Of a stretch of DNA of 64,000 bases, positions 39,322 through 50,926 are shown one piece after another. Under the pieces are notes generated by a model, which saw nothing but the letters and a program-made list of their open reading frames with translations, had not been told where the DNA came from and did not search any database. The position numbers were made by a program, and so were the translations under genes. Origin of the DNA: an uncultured Bryocella sp. (GTDB taxonomy: Bacteria; Acidobacteriota; Terriglobia; Terriglobales; Acidobacteriaceae). The first letter of the stretch is position 1. Each line of letters opens with the position of its first letter. The stretch lies in contig CAXTBJ010000009.1 of assembly GCA_964242585.1 (NCBI GenBank), positions 8,991-72,990 of the forward strand, given 5' to 3'.

Positions 39322-40461
39322 TTGGAGAAGCCTTTGAAAAAAGCGCTCTTTACCTACTTCACGTGGGTTTTGTACGTTTGCGCCACGCTGCAATTTATTC
39401 GTTACTACGTTGTGAGCACGACCTTTTACCTGGACATGCCGCGCTACCTCGCCGGCGGGGAGCGCCTGCCGTTTCAAGAGCGGGTGCTGCCGATCTTTCT
39501 GATGTGGCCGATTAACCATTCGGCTTTTCTGATGCGTCATCTCGCTCACCCGCGCGGCGGCTTCGATGCTCCCTCGGCGGCAACGCCGGACACCCTGGCG
39601 TTTTATCTTGTCTCGCTCGCCTCGTTTTCATGCGCAGCTTACTTCGTTGTGCGGTTATACCGTGCGGTGACCGTGCGAGGAACGTTGGCCGCCCTGGTGT
39701 TTCCGGCGTTCATGGTGCTTACCCTATGGACCTATGTGGTGCACATCGATGCGAACTTTTCCTATCCCTATGACATGCCTTCGCTGGCCTTTTTTGCCGG
39801 GGGACTGCTGGCGATCTATACGCGGCGCTACCTGCCGCTGATTGTTGTGATGGTGCTGGGCACGTTGAATCGGGAGACCACGCTGTTCTTGGTCGGCATC
39901 TACGTTCTCGATGCCGCGTCACGGGAGTTGCCCGATACTTTATCGGAACGCGTCTCTGGACGTCTGTCCCTGGGAGAAAGATTTTCGTTACAACAGGTGT
40001 CCTGGCCGCGAGCCGCGCTGCTGCTCGCCATCTGGCTCGCGATCAAAGTGTCGCTTGCCTACCACTTTCGCCACAACGACAACTCGGAAAATTTTGTCAG
40101 GCTATGGGGGAACTTTGGCCGCCTGCGACCGCGGCTGTGGCCCATTCTGCTGAATATCTGTGGTTATGTGCTGCCGGTCGTCGTGCTGCTGCGCAGCCGT
40201 CTGCGACCGCTCCGTTTTGCGAACACCCTGTACATTCTGCCCTTCTGGTTTGCGGTGATGTTCTACACGGGCGTCATTCTGGAGACGCGAATCTACGGGG
40301 AGCTCTGCGCCTTTACCGCGGTGGCGGCAGTTCTTCTGCTAGAAGAGTATGCCCCCCGCGGCGCGATCTCTTCCCGCACGGAAGAGGTGACGGTGGCGGC
40401 AGCCAACCGGGAACCGCGGGCCGAACCCAAACCCTCGCTGGACGCCTTGCCGCTCACATAA
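39322..40461 (+). CDS. Polytopic membrane protein, possible GT-C-like transferase
   Basis: About 9 TM segments; PFQERVL, YPYD, LNRET motifs; TTG start uncertain. Confidence 0.7.
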   Translation: MEKPLKKALFTYFTWVLYVCATLQFIRYYVVSTTFYLDMPRYLAGGERLPFQERVLPIFLMWPINHSAFLMRHLAHPRGGFDAPSAATPDTLAFYLVSLASFSCAAYFVVRLYRAVTVRGTLAALVFPAFMVLTLWTYVVHIDANFSYPYDMPSLAFFAGGLLAIYTRRYLPLIVVMVLGTLNRETTLFLVGIYVLDAASRELPDTLSERVSGRLSLGERFSLQQVSWPRAALLLAIWLAIKVSLAYHFRHNDNSENFVRLWGNFGRLRPRLWPILLNICGYVLPVVVLLRSRLRPLRFANTLYILPFWFAVMFYTGVILETRIYGELCAFTAVAAVLLLEEYAPRGAISSRTEEVTVAAANREPRAEPKPSLDALPLT

Positions 40462-40549
40462 GGCCATCGTCGACTCCCTTGTGCCCGCTACGTTCGGCAT
40501 ACGACTGTAAGCAATGCCTTCAGGCCCCCAAACCACACGGAAGTTTCCC

Positions 40550-42430
40550 ATGCCCAGCTTAGTCGAGCAGTCCGCCAGCGCAAATGCGCAAAGCGATTGG
40601 ACACGTCTTCACCACAACCTGCGGCGTCCCTGGCTGGCATGGCTGAACGCGGCGGTTGTGTGTGCGGCGGCAGCGGTTCTGGTTTTTGTTCTGCCGCTTT
40701 TTGTACCCTCCGGACCTTTTCTCACCCCCTCCAGCTCGTACATTGCGGGATTCAATAATCCCGTAGCGGTCCTGTGCGCCGTTGGTCTGAGTGCTCTGGT
40801 GCTGCTGGGAACGCTCTGGACGCAGCGGCGTGCGCTCACCGAGACACTGGTGAATTGGGAGCCGCTTCGGGGAGGTTTCGTCGCCGGGGTTCTGCTTGTG
40901 TCCGCGTGCGTGATCGCCCTCGAAGGCTGGATCGTCACGGCCTCGCACACCCGCTATCTGGGCGATGCAGGCTATTTCATTGAGCAGGCCAACGTGCGCC
41001 GGGATACGGGCCGCGCGCTGTACACGCAGATGGAGTTCGCCTACGGGCCGCTGCTGCTGCTGCCGGAGGTTTGGCTGAGCCGCGCGCTGCACTGCAGCAT
41101 ACACATGGCTTACTTCATTACTTTGATTCTTGAAAGCACCCTGGGCCTGTTGCTGCTGGCCTTTGTATTGAATGCCTTGCCCATTCGCGCCAATCTGCGC
41201 AGGGCGGCTTTTCTGCTCTTTGCCCTGGGTGCGCTTACACCGCATCTGGGCCTCAACTACACGTTCTTCCGCTTCATCACGCCCTATGCGCTCCTGTTCT
41301 TTGCCATGCGCCGAGCTTCGGTGTGGCAGGCGGTGCTGCTGCTTTCGATCAATCAGGCCGTGGTTCTGCTGATCTCTCCGGAGCTTGGCCTGGCGATGCT
41401 GATGGGAGCCTGCACCTTTGGCCTGTTACGCGCTTGGCAGGCGGGATGGTCGTGGCTCGCGGCAGCGGCTGTTCCGCTTGCGGTGACGGCAACGCTGCTG
41501 CTCACGCTGGGCCGCTCGTACCTGGTGATGGCCGCCTCTTTTACGCACGGGGCGCTCAATCTTCCCGTGGGCCCCTATCCGCATACGCTGGTGCTGCTGT
41601 TCGCGCTGGTGTGGCTGGTGCCCTTCGGGTTGGGACGGCTGCTCGGATTGCGCGATCCGTTCAGTGCCCGGATGCTTGCGCTGTACGCCACGAGCGTTGC
41701 CTTCATACCCGCCGCCCTGGGCCGCTGCGACCCGTTGCATGTCTTCTTCAACGGGATCGGCTTGATGATTCTGTCGCTCGTCGTGATCAGTTTCAGCTCA
41801 CCGCGCGCGCGCGTTGCGTGGATAGGCGCCGTCGCGCTGCTGGTCCTGTGGTCGCAGTTCGTCGACCAGCGATTCTTCCAGGTACGGACCACCTACATAC
41901 TGGCGCAAACCGTGGCGCCGCACCTGCCGCAGCCGATACAAAGGGCGTTCGATGCCGCCGTGAGACGCCGCGGCCCCACCTTTGCCAGGCAGCTGTCACC
42001 GCAACCGGAGACCAGCTTCCATCTTGACACCGCCGCGCTGAATGGGTTGGTAGGTACAGGTTGCGTGGCCACCCCGGTTGAGTTGAGCCCGACGGTCGAA
42101 GAGCAGTTGAAGCAGACCGGCCATTACAGTCCGGGGTTTTACACCTTCTGGGTGGACATGATGAATCCGACAGCGGAACGTCGCTCGATTGCGGATGTCA
42201 GCCGCTGCGGATGGATGCTGCTGCCGACAATCACCGCGGCGGAGACGCCCATTGCCGCCGATATCGCTGCCCTGCAGGGGTACACGCTGCCCTACCGCGT
42301 GAGAAACGCGGACTACTACATGCCCGGAGCCGCGTTTCGCGTGAACCTACGGCAGCGGTGGCGGGCGATCAGCGAGTTCGGCCCGTACACGCTGTATCGG
42401 CAGAGGGAACCGGCTCCTGTGGCGGAGTAA
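40550..42430 (+). CDS. Polytopic membrane protein with C-terminal soluble domain, possible GT-C glycosyltransferase
   Basis: More than 10 TM segments; loop GDAGYF...LYTQMEFAYGPLL. Confidence 0.7.
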   Translation: MPSLVEQSASANAQSDWTRLHHNLRRPWLAWLNAAVVCAAAAVLVFVLPLFVPSGPFLTPSSSYIAGFNNPVAVLCAVGLSALVLLGTLWTQRRALTETLVNWEPLRGGFVAGVLLVSACVIALEGWIVTASHTRYLGDAGYFIEQANVRRDTGRALYTQMEFAYGPLLLLPEVWLSRALHCSIHMAYFITLILESTLGLLLLAFVLNALPIRANLRRAAFLLFALGALTPHLGLNYTFFRFITPYALLFFAMRRASVWQAVLLLSINQAVVLLISPELGLAMLMGACTFGLLRAWQAGWSWLAAAAVPLAVTATLLLTLGRSYLVMAASFTHGALNLPVGPYPHTLVLLFALVWLVPFGLGRLLGLRDPFSARMLALYATSVAFIPAALGRCDPLHVFFNGIGLMILSLVVISFSSPRARVAWIGAVALLVLWSQFVDQRFFQVRTTYILAQTVAPHLPQPIQRAFDAAVRRRGPTFARQLSPQPETSFHLDTAALNGLVGTGCVATPVELSPTVEEQLKQTGHYSPGFYTFWVDMMNPTAERRSIADVSRCGWMLLPTITAAETPIAADIAALQGYTLPYRVRNADYYMPGAAFRVNLRQRWRAISEFGPYTLYRQREPAPVAE

Positions 42431-42469
42431 TCATGGTTGCTCCCGGTGATTTGAATTCATAATTCCTGT

Positions 42470-42491
42470 TCAGGATGATTTGTCATCCTGA
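42470..42491. terminator. Hairpin between convergent genes
   Basis: TCAGGATGA-TTTG-TCATCCTGA. Confidence 0.55.
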
Positions 42492-42516
42492 CGATGAACC
42501 GTCGAGCACCGATCAC

Positions 42517-43980
42517 CTAACTCAACACCCAGGTATCTTTCGACCCGCCGCCCTGCGAGCTGTTCACCACCAGCGAGCCGCGCTTCAGGGCCACGCGCGT
42601 GAGGCCGCCGGGCACGATGGTGACCTTGTCGCCGTAGAGGACATAGGGGCGCAGATCCACATGCCGTGCCTCCAGCTCATCGCCGATCAGGCACGGCGCG
42701 CGGGAGAAGCTGATGGTCGGCTGCGCGATGTAGTTGCGTGGATTGGCGCGGATCTTGCCGGCAAACTCCTCACGCTCCTTCGCGGTGGACTGCGGGCCGA
42801 TCAGCATGCCGTAGCCGCCCGATTCCCCCACGGCCTTCACCACCAGCTTGTCGAGGTTGGCCAGCACGTGATCACGTTCCTTGTCGATGGCGCAGAGGAA
42901 GGTTTTGACGTTGTTCAGGATCTGATCTTCGCCCAGGTAGTACTTGATGATGGAAGGCACATAGGCATACACCGCCTTGTCGTCGGCAACGCCCGTACCG
43001 AAGGCGTTGGAGAGCGTAACGTTGCCCGCGCGGTACGCGTTGAACAGCCCGGCAACGCCCAGAATCGAGTCAGGCCGGAAGGCGAGCGGATCGATGAAGT
43101 CGTCGTCCACGCGGCGATAGATGACATCCACGCGGCGCAGGCCGCTGGTGGTGCGCATGTAGCAGATGTTGTCGTGCACCACGAGATCGCGGCCTTCCAC
43201 CAGCTCAATGCCCATCTGGCGCGCGAGATACGCGTGCTCGAAATAGGCGGAGTTGAAGACACCCGGCGAGAGCAGAACGATATTCGGTTCGGGGCGGCCT
43301 TCGGGCGCGAGCGAGCGCAGCGTACTGAGCAGTACCTGCGTGTAATGTTCAATGGGCCGTACATTGTAGTTGCGAAACAGTTGCGGAAAGATCCGCTTCA
43401 TCACGCGCCGGTTGGTGAGCATGTAGCTCACGCCCGAGGGCACGCGCAGGTTGTCCTCAAGCACAACGAATTCGCCGCTTTCCAGACGAATCAGGTCAGT
43501 TCCACAGATGGCCACATAGACGTTGCGCGGCACGGGCAGGCCCTGCATCTGGCGGCGAAACTGCGGGCAGCTGTAGATCAGATCGCGGGGCACGATGCCG
43601 TCTTTCAGGATGCGGCCTTCATTGTAGATATCTTTCAGGAACAGGTTCAGCGCGGTGAGGCGCTGTGTCAGGCCCCTTTCGACGTGCTCCCACTCGCGCG
43701 CCGTGATGATGCGCGGCAGTAGATCGTAGGGAAAGATGCGCTCGGTGCCTTCGTCGCGGCCATATACCGTGAAGGTGATGCCCTGGTTCAGAAAGGCGAG
43801 ATCGGCGGCCTGTTTGCGGCGTTGCACCTCCTCGGGCGGCAGGGCGGAGAAATGTTCCAGCAGCGGGCCGTACTGCGCGCGCAACGCGCCTTCGCTCAAA
43901 AACATCTCGTCGTAGGCGTTATCCAGCTTGTAATGCTGCAGTGCGGCCAATCCGAGCTGTGGGGAGCGTGCAGGGGTCAT
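42517..43980 (-). CDS. Circularly permuted type 2 ATP-grasp protein (DUF404/DUF407)
   Basis: [56 protein letters not shown]. Confidence 0.95.
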   Translation of the reverse strand: MTPARSPQLGLAALQHYKLDNAYDEMFLSEGALRAQYGPLLEHFSALPPEEVQRRKQAADLAFLNQGITFTVYGRDEGTERIFPYDLLPRIITAREWEHVERGLTQRLTALNLFLKDIYNEGRILKDGIVPRDLIYSCPQFRRQMQGLPVPRNVYVAICGTDLIRLESGEFVVLEDNLRVPSGVSYMLTNRRVMKRIFPQLFRNYNVRPIEHYTQVLLSTLRSLAPEGRPEPNIVLLSPGVFNSAYFEHAYLARQMGIELVEGRDLVVHDNICYMRTTSGLRRVDVIYRRVDDDFIDPLAFRPDSILGVAGLFNAYRAGNVTLSNAFGTGVADDKAVYAYVPSIIKYYLGEDQILNNVKTFLCAIDKERDHVLANLDKLVVKAVGESGGYGMLIGPQSTAKEREEFAGKIRANPRNYIAQPTISFSRAPCLIGDELEARHVDLRPYVLYGDKVTIVPGGLTRVALKRGSLVVNSSQGGGSKDTWVLS

Positions 43981-44038
43981 GGGTAGAGAAGAGTCTATCG
44001 CACGCGAACGCGAGACCCACCGGGAAGAAGGCAGGAGC

Positions 44039-44068
44039 TTGCATTTTCGCCTTTTCTTCGTCTAGTTT
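44039..44068 (+). promoter_or_regulatory. dinB promoter with an overlapping LexA-box-like direct repeat
   Basis: TTGCAT-N18-TAGTTT; spacer contains TTTC-N7-CTTC (TTCGC-N6-TTCGT). Confidence 0.5.
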
Positions 44069-44074
44069 AGGTGC

Positions 44075-45298
44075 GTGAGCACGGCTTCGTTAAACTGGCT
44101 TTTTCTGGATCTGAACTCCTACTTCGCCTCCGTGGAACAGGAGTTGCGGCCGGAGCTGCGCGGCCGTCCGATCGCCATCGTACCGGTGCAAGCGGAGACG
44201 ACCTGCTGTATCGCGGTGAGCTACCAGGCGCGTGCCTATGGCATACGCACCGGACTTTCCGTCGCCCTGGCCAAGGGGCGTTGCCCGCAGCTGCAGTTGA
44301 TCGAAGCGCGGCCCAAGGCATATGTCGAAATGCATCATAGAATTCTGGCCGCCGTGGAGACCTGTCTTCCGGTGGAGGCCGTACTTTCATGCGATGAATT
44401 CGCCTGCCGGCTCATCGGCTCGCAGCGAGAACTGCCGCGCGCGCTGGCTTTAGCCGCCGAGGTGAAAGGGGCGATCCGGCGCGGGGCCGGTGCGTCGTTG
44501 CGCTGTTCGATCGGACTCGCTCCCAACCGGCTCGTGGCCAAGATCGCCGCGGACATGCAAAAGCCGGACGGCTTGACGGCGATTGAGGCCAGGAGCTTGC
44601 CGCAGGCGCTGTTTCCGCTGGAGCTTTCGTCGATTCCGGGCATCGGCAACCGCATGGAGGATCGTTTGCGCGCCGCGGGCGTGCGTACGGTGCAGACCCT
44701 GTGTGAGCTGAGCCGCCGACACATGGCCCAGCTATGGGGCAGTGTGCTGGGAGAGCGCCTGTGGCTGGAGTTGCGCGGGGAAGATTTGCCCGCCGCTCCC
44801 GGGCACGCTTTGCAAACGGTCAGCCGCCAGCACATCCTGCCGCCGGCATGTCGCACCGTGGAGGGTTGCCGCCAGACCGCGCTGAAGATGCTGCACGATT
44901 GCGTGCGGCGGATGCGGCGCAAGGGACTCGAAGCAGGGGGACTGGGCGTGGTGGTCTATTACCTGCGCCATGATCATGCCTTCCACGCCGAATGCCGCAT
45001 CCCCGCGTGCGCGGACCCGATCTCGTTGCAGGAGCAATTTTTGCCCTTGATCGCGGGCGCGCCGCACCAGCAGGCGCACAGTGTGTGCGTCTACCTGAAC
45101 CATCTTGAGACACAGCCGACGGCGGCTCTGTTTCCTTCGCCGGAGCTCGAGCGCCGACGCGCCGTGACGAGCGCCATGGAGGCGGTGCATCGCCGGTTTG
45201 GCAAGGAGGCCGTGTATCTGGGCTCGGTGCACGGCGTGCAGCGGGCGGCGCCGGCGCGGATCTCCTTCGGGCCGCCGCCACCGCTGGAGGAGTTCTGA
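44075..45298 (+). CDS. dinB: Y-family DNA polymerase IV
   Basis: FLDLNSYFASVE, SYQAR.YGI, SCDE, CSIGLAPNRLVAKIA, KPDG, IPGIG. Confidence 0.88.
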   Translation: MSTASLNWLFLDLNSYFASVEQELRPELRGRPIAIVPVQAETTCCIAVSYQARAYGIRTGLSVALAKGRCPQLQLIEARPKAYVEMHHRILAAVETCLPVEAVLSCDEFACRLIGSQRELPRALALAAEVKGAIRRGAGASLRCSIGLAPNRLVAKIAADMQKPDGLTAIEARSLPQALFPLELSSIPGIGNRMEDRLRAAGVRTVQTLCELSRRHMAQLWGSVLGERLWLELRGEDLPAAPGHALQTVSRQHILPPACRTVEGCRQTALKMLHDCVRRMRRKGLEAGGLGVVVYYLRHDHAFHAECRIPACADPISLQEQFLPLIAGAPHQQAHSVCVYLNHLETQPTAALFPSPELERRRAVTSAMEAVHRRFGKEAVYLGSVHGVQRAAPARISFGPPPPLEEF

Positions 45299-45524
45299 AA
45301 TTGGCAGGTGGGGTGATGGCCGGTGGCGCGGGTCTCGGTTCTGGCACCTGTGGCAGCATCGAGGTGCAGGTATCCCATCCTCGTCGCCCGCGATCCCCCA
45401 GTCATCGCCTTGCGGTAAACTGAAGTCTGCGCGCTTTTCAGATTTCTAGCATGGACCCCGGCGCCACGCCGCCGGCCGCTCCGCAACATTCGATTGACGA
45501 TTGACCAGACAGGAAACCTTCGCC

Positions 45525-47354
<1,830 letters not shown>

Positions 47355-47371
47355 GGCCCTCCCCTGCGGCA

Positions 47372-47411
47372 AGGGCTCTCGTCAATAGGGCTCTTGTCAA
47401 TAGGGCTCTTG
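47372..47411. repeat. 15-bp tandem repeat (about 2.7 copies)
   Basis: AGGGCTCT(C/T)GTCAAT x2 plus AGGGCTCTTG. Confidence 0.8.
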
Positions 47412-47524
47412 CGGTTCTGTCCTCGCGCACAGGTGCTCTGGGCACTTCGTACACCGAGCTGGCACCCGCTTGATAGCGGACATGCCGCAAGTGAGAGCAA
47501 GCAGAGAAGAACGGAGACACGGGT

Positions 47525-48255
47525 ATGACCAAGTTGGTCGGGATCGAAGAGCACTTTGTGACTGCCGACATCCGAGCTGCCTGGGCGGCATCCCCTATCG
47601 GACAGGAGGGCACCAACGTATTGGATCGGGGGGAGATTGAGGCGCGCCTCGATGACCTGGGAGAGCATCGGCTGGAGCTGATGGACGAAAGCGGAATGGA
47701 TGTTCAGGTGCTCTCCGTGACTACGCCCTCCTTGCACAATCTGGAACCGGCGGAGAGTGTAGCCCTCGCACGGCAGACCAACGATCTGGTCGCCGCCACG
47801 GTAGCGAAGTAGCCTACACGTTTGGGCTGGGGTGGCATTACGAAGCCGGTATCCAGTTTGTACGCCTGATCCTGGCCGGTGTCTTTGACAGGCATCCCGA
47901 TCTGCAGATCGTCCTGGGCCACTGGGGTGAAGTCGTTCTCTTTTATCTGGACCGGCTCAGCTCTTTGGCGCGCGTTACGCATCTGGACAGACCCGTAGCT
48001 GATTACATTCGGCAAAACCTCTATGTGACGCCGAGCGGCATGTGGAGTCAGTCCTACCTGCAACGCACCCTCGAACTGGTGGGACCCGAGCGCATTCTGT
48101 TTTCCACCGACTACCCCTACCAGTACCGTCCCGGTAGACCGGGTCGAGCCTTCCTTGAGGAAGCGGCCCTTTCTCCGGAGCAAAAGGAATTATTCGCTCA
48201 TGGGAACTGGGATCGACTGACTGGATCGTCACGACTGACTGGATCGGCGCACTGA
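47525..48255 (+). pseudogene. Amidohydrolase_2 family pseudogene (nonsense codon plus internal deletion/frameshift)
   Basis: N-terminal IEEH..MDESGMDVQVLS stops at TAG 47810-47812; other frame from 47821 reads FGLGWHYEAG...FDRHPDLQIVLGHWGE...ILFSTDYP; central part absent. Confidence 0.85.
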
Positions 48256-48317
48256 GGCTGAGAGGTCGTCTGTGTCGGTTTCCCTAGGGCTGTGGAGCAG
48301 CCGCGAGCAGAACACAG

Positions 48318-48391
48318 AGATCCTTCGCTACGCTCAGGATGACGGCAGAGTCCCCGGCGTTGGCTAGGCCGTTGCTCAGGATGACGGCAGA
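48318..48391. repeat. REP-like element plus a partial second copy
   Basis: Reverse complement GTCATCCTGAGCGTAGCGAAGGATCT; GCTCAGGATGACGGCAGA occurs twice (48332, 48374). Confidence 0.7.
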
Positions 48392-48520
48392 CTTCCACCT
48401 GCATGAGAAACGGGTCTAACCTCCCGACCCTCAGTGCAGCAGCGTTACGATGGTTCTGGCACACGCGTAGCACATCACCGCTGTCGACCTCTGGCAGGAG
48501 TCACTTCCCACAGCACAGCC

Positions 48521-50926
48521 TTACTGTGGCAGCTGGCCGCGGATCGCATCGTCCAGCGCGATATGGTTTTTTTCCAGCAGGTCGCCCAGGGCATGGTCGA
48601 GCTCGATGCGGGCCTTCATGTAGTTGGAGCGGGCGGCGATCTCCGTGGAGCGGGCCTGGGCGAGGTAGGCTTCGTCCTGCAGCACGGCCAGGTCGGTCGA
48701 TTGGCCCACGGAGAGCTTGTCGCGTTCGGCGTCGAGCAGTTGTTCCTGGTAATCGCGGCTCGAAATTGAGGCGCGGTAGGCCGCATCGGCGGTCTGCAAC
48801 GCCACAACGGCGGTTTCCACGTCCTGGCGCACACCCTGCGCGAGCTTTTCGGTGCGGCTTTGCACCTGCCGAACCTGTGCGGTGTCGCGTGCGGCGTCGG
48901 CGATGGCCACGCGGTTGCGCAAGGGAAGCGTGAGCTGGATGCCGGCCTGGTAGATGGTAGAGACGCGCAGGCCGCCTAGCGAGAGCTCCTGCGGGGTGGT
49001 TGGCTGGCCGTTGCCGGTGGAGCCCTGGATCTCATAGGGCTGCTCGCTGGAACCGCGTTTTTCGTAGTTGGCGTAAACGTTGAGCTGCGGCAGGGCCTCA
49101 TTGCGGCTGGCGGCCGCCTGAATCTGCCCGGTTTCGATCTGTAGCTGGGCCTGCGCCAGATCCGGCCGGCGGCCCAGGGCTGCCTGAACCAGCAAGGGCA
49201 GGCTGAGAGGCTCGAGTTCCGTGGGGACGATGATCCGGTCCGTGGGGATAATCTCGTCGAACTGTGCCGTGAAGGCGGGGGAGGCGGTGCGCAGCAGCTG
49301 GTTGCGCAGAATGATCTCCTCCTGCTTATAGAGTCCCTGCGCCTGCGTCAGATCGAATCGGCTGGAGCTTTCAAGCGCCCGCGCGCGCGTGAGTTCGATG
49401 GGCGCGAGCGTACCTTCGGTGACCTGATCCTGGTCGTCTTCACGCTGCTTGGTGGCCGCGCGGAGCGAATCCTCTTTGACCACGACGTTTTCCCCCAGCG
49501 ATACCAGATCGTAGTAGAGCCGGGAAATGCCGTAGACCGACTCCAGCACCTGCTGTTCAAAGAGGAGCCGCGAGATGCGCTGATCGGTGCGGGCGATGCG
49601 CAGGTAGCGCAGGTTGACCTCGCGGCCGCGACCGCGCAGCAGCGGTTGCGTGAGGGTGACCGAGGTGCTGGGGCTGGAGAACGGGTCCAGCTGCCCGGTG
49701 GTGCCGTAAACCACCACCGGATCATTATTCACGACGGCCTGCAGCTGTGCGCCGGTGGAAAAACCCTGCAGATAGGCCAGGTTCAGGGCCACGTAATTCA
49801 AGGCCTGCGGTGTGGTGAGGGTGCCCCCGGCGGTGTTGCTGCCGCCTGTGCCTGTACCGGTGGTCGTGCCTGTGCCGGTGGTGTCGCCGAGCGTGACGGT
49901 ATCGGAACGGCGCAGATAGCCCGCCGTGCCGATCAGTTGCGGGTCAAACAAAGGGATGTTCGGGCCGGTGGCGTAGGTAAACCCGACGCCGAGCTCGCCC
50001 AGGTTGTTTTGCACCTGTGTGGTCGAGTTCAGGGAGGTGAGATCGGTAACCGTGGGCGTGGTGGGGTTGGTGTTGACCGTCTCCGTATTCAACAGCGGCG
50101 AACCCGGACCGCCGACTCCCGCCGGTGGCTCCGTGATGCCGTAGTCGATGCCGCGTGTGCTGCCACCGCCCCGGGCCCGGGTCAGGTCCGTGCGGGCGAT
50201 GGTCAGGTCGTACCGTTCGGCCTCCACATCGAGATTGTTTTCAAGCGCCAGAGCCAGCGCGTCCTGGAGGGACAGATACAGCTTGCCGTCACGGATCAGG
50301 CGCGTGAGGCGGGTCTCATCCCCAGGGAGCAGTTGCGGCACGGTCGGCCGGCGATAGGGGCCCAGAAAGCCCAGAAGGTCCGACGTCAACCCGTGTGCGT
50401 CGACGCGCGCGGGGATCGCCGTGGACGCCTGTGCCGCGGCGATCTGCGGAGACGGCGCGTTGGGTGGGGCGATGTGGCCGTCCAGCGGCGTTACCACGGG
50501 CTGCCGAAGTTGGTCGGCCGGCCCTGTGGAGGGTACCGGACCGGGCGGAACGCTGCGCCGGTCCGGCACCGGGCTCAGCGCGGGCAGGGACAGATCCGGC
50601 GGCAGAGCCGGGGAAGGCGAGGGGTTCTGGCTGGGTGTCGGCTGGCCCGTGGGGGGCGTGGCGGTTTGCGTGGGCGGCAGGGCGGGCGAAGGCGTCGGCA
50701 CCGTGGAGGGGATCTGCGCCGCCGCGGCCCCGGTTGTTGCAAGCGCCAGGGCGAAGGTCCCCAAGAGAGAGCCCCGACGCACGGAGAACGTGGGCGGACC
50801 GACATACAGCGAGCCGTCCCCGTAGAGCGAGTTTAAGGTGCTTTTCAGGGGTTTGCTCTCTTGCGGGCTGTTCTTTGAGACGAGTCGATGGAAGACGAGT
50901 CGATGGAAGATAAATCGATTCTTCAT
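48521..50926 (-). CDS. TolC family outer-membrane efflux protein with Pro-rich N-terminus
   Basis: LSLQDALALALENNLD, TLTQPLLRG, RRPDL, LTLPLRNR; ATGA overlap with the adaptor stop. Confidence 0.9.
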   Translation of the reverse strand: MKNRFIFHRLVFHRLVSKNSPQESKPLKSTLNSLYGDGSLYVGPPTFSVRRGSLLGTFALALATTGAAAAQIPSTVPTPSPALPPTQTATPPTGQPTPSQNPSPSPALPPDLSLPALSPVPDRRSVPPGPVPSTGPADQLRQPVVTPLDGHIAPPNAPSPQIAAAQASTAIPARVDAHGLTSDLLGFLGPYRRPTVPQLLPGDETRLTRLIRDGKLYLSLQDALALALENNLDVEAERYDLTIARTDLTRARGGGSTRGIDYGITEPPAGVGGPGSPLLNTETVNTNPTTPTVTDLTSLNSTTQVQNNLGELGVGFTYATGPNIPLFDPQLIGTAGYLRRSDTVTLGDTTGTGTTTGTGTGGSNTAGGTLTTPQALNYVALNLAYLQGFSTGAQLQAVVNNDPVVVYGTTGQLDPFSSPSTSVTLTQPLLRGRGREVNLRYLRIARTDQRISRLLFEQQVLESVYGISRLYYDLVSLGENVVVKEDSLRAATKQREDDQDQVTEGTLAPIELTRARALESSSRFDLTQAQGLYKQEEIILRNQLLRTASPAFTAQFDEIIPTDRIIVPTELEPLSLPLLVQAALGRRPDLAQAQLQIETGQIQAAASRNEALPQLNVYANYEKRGSSEQPYEIQGSTGNGQPTTPQELSLGGLRVSTIYQAGIQLTLPLRNRVAIADAARDTAQVRQVQSRTEKLAQGVRQDVETAVVALQTADAAYRASISSRDYQEQLLDAERDKLSVGQSTDLAVLQDEAYLAQARSTEIAARSNYMKARIELDHALGDLLEKNHIALDDAIRGQLPQ

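Noticed and set aside
44075-45298. ImuB of an imuABC mutasome
   Set aside because: Catalytic acidic residues are intact (DLNSYF, SCDE) and no imuA or dnaE2 is adjacent
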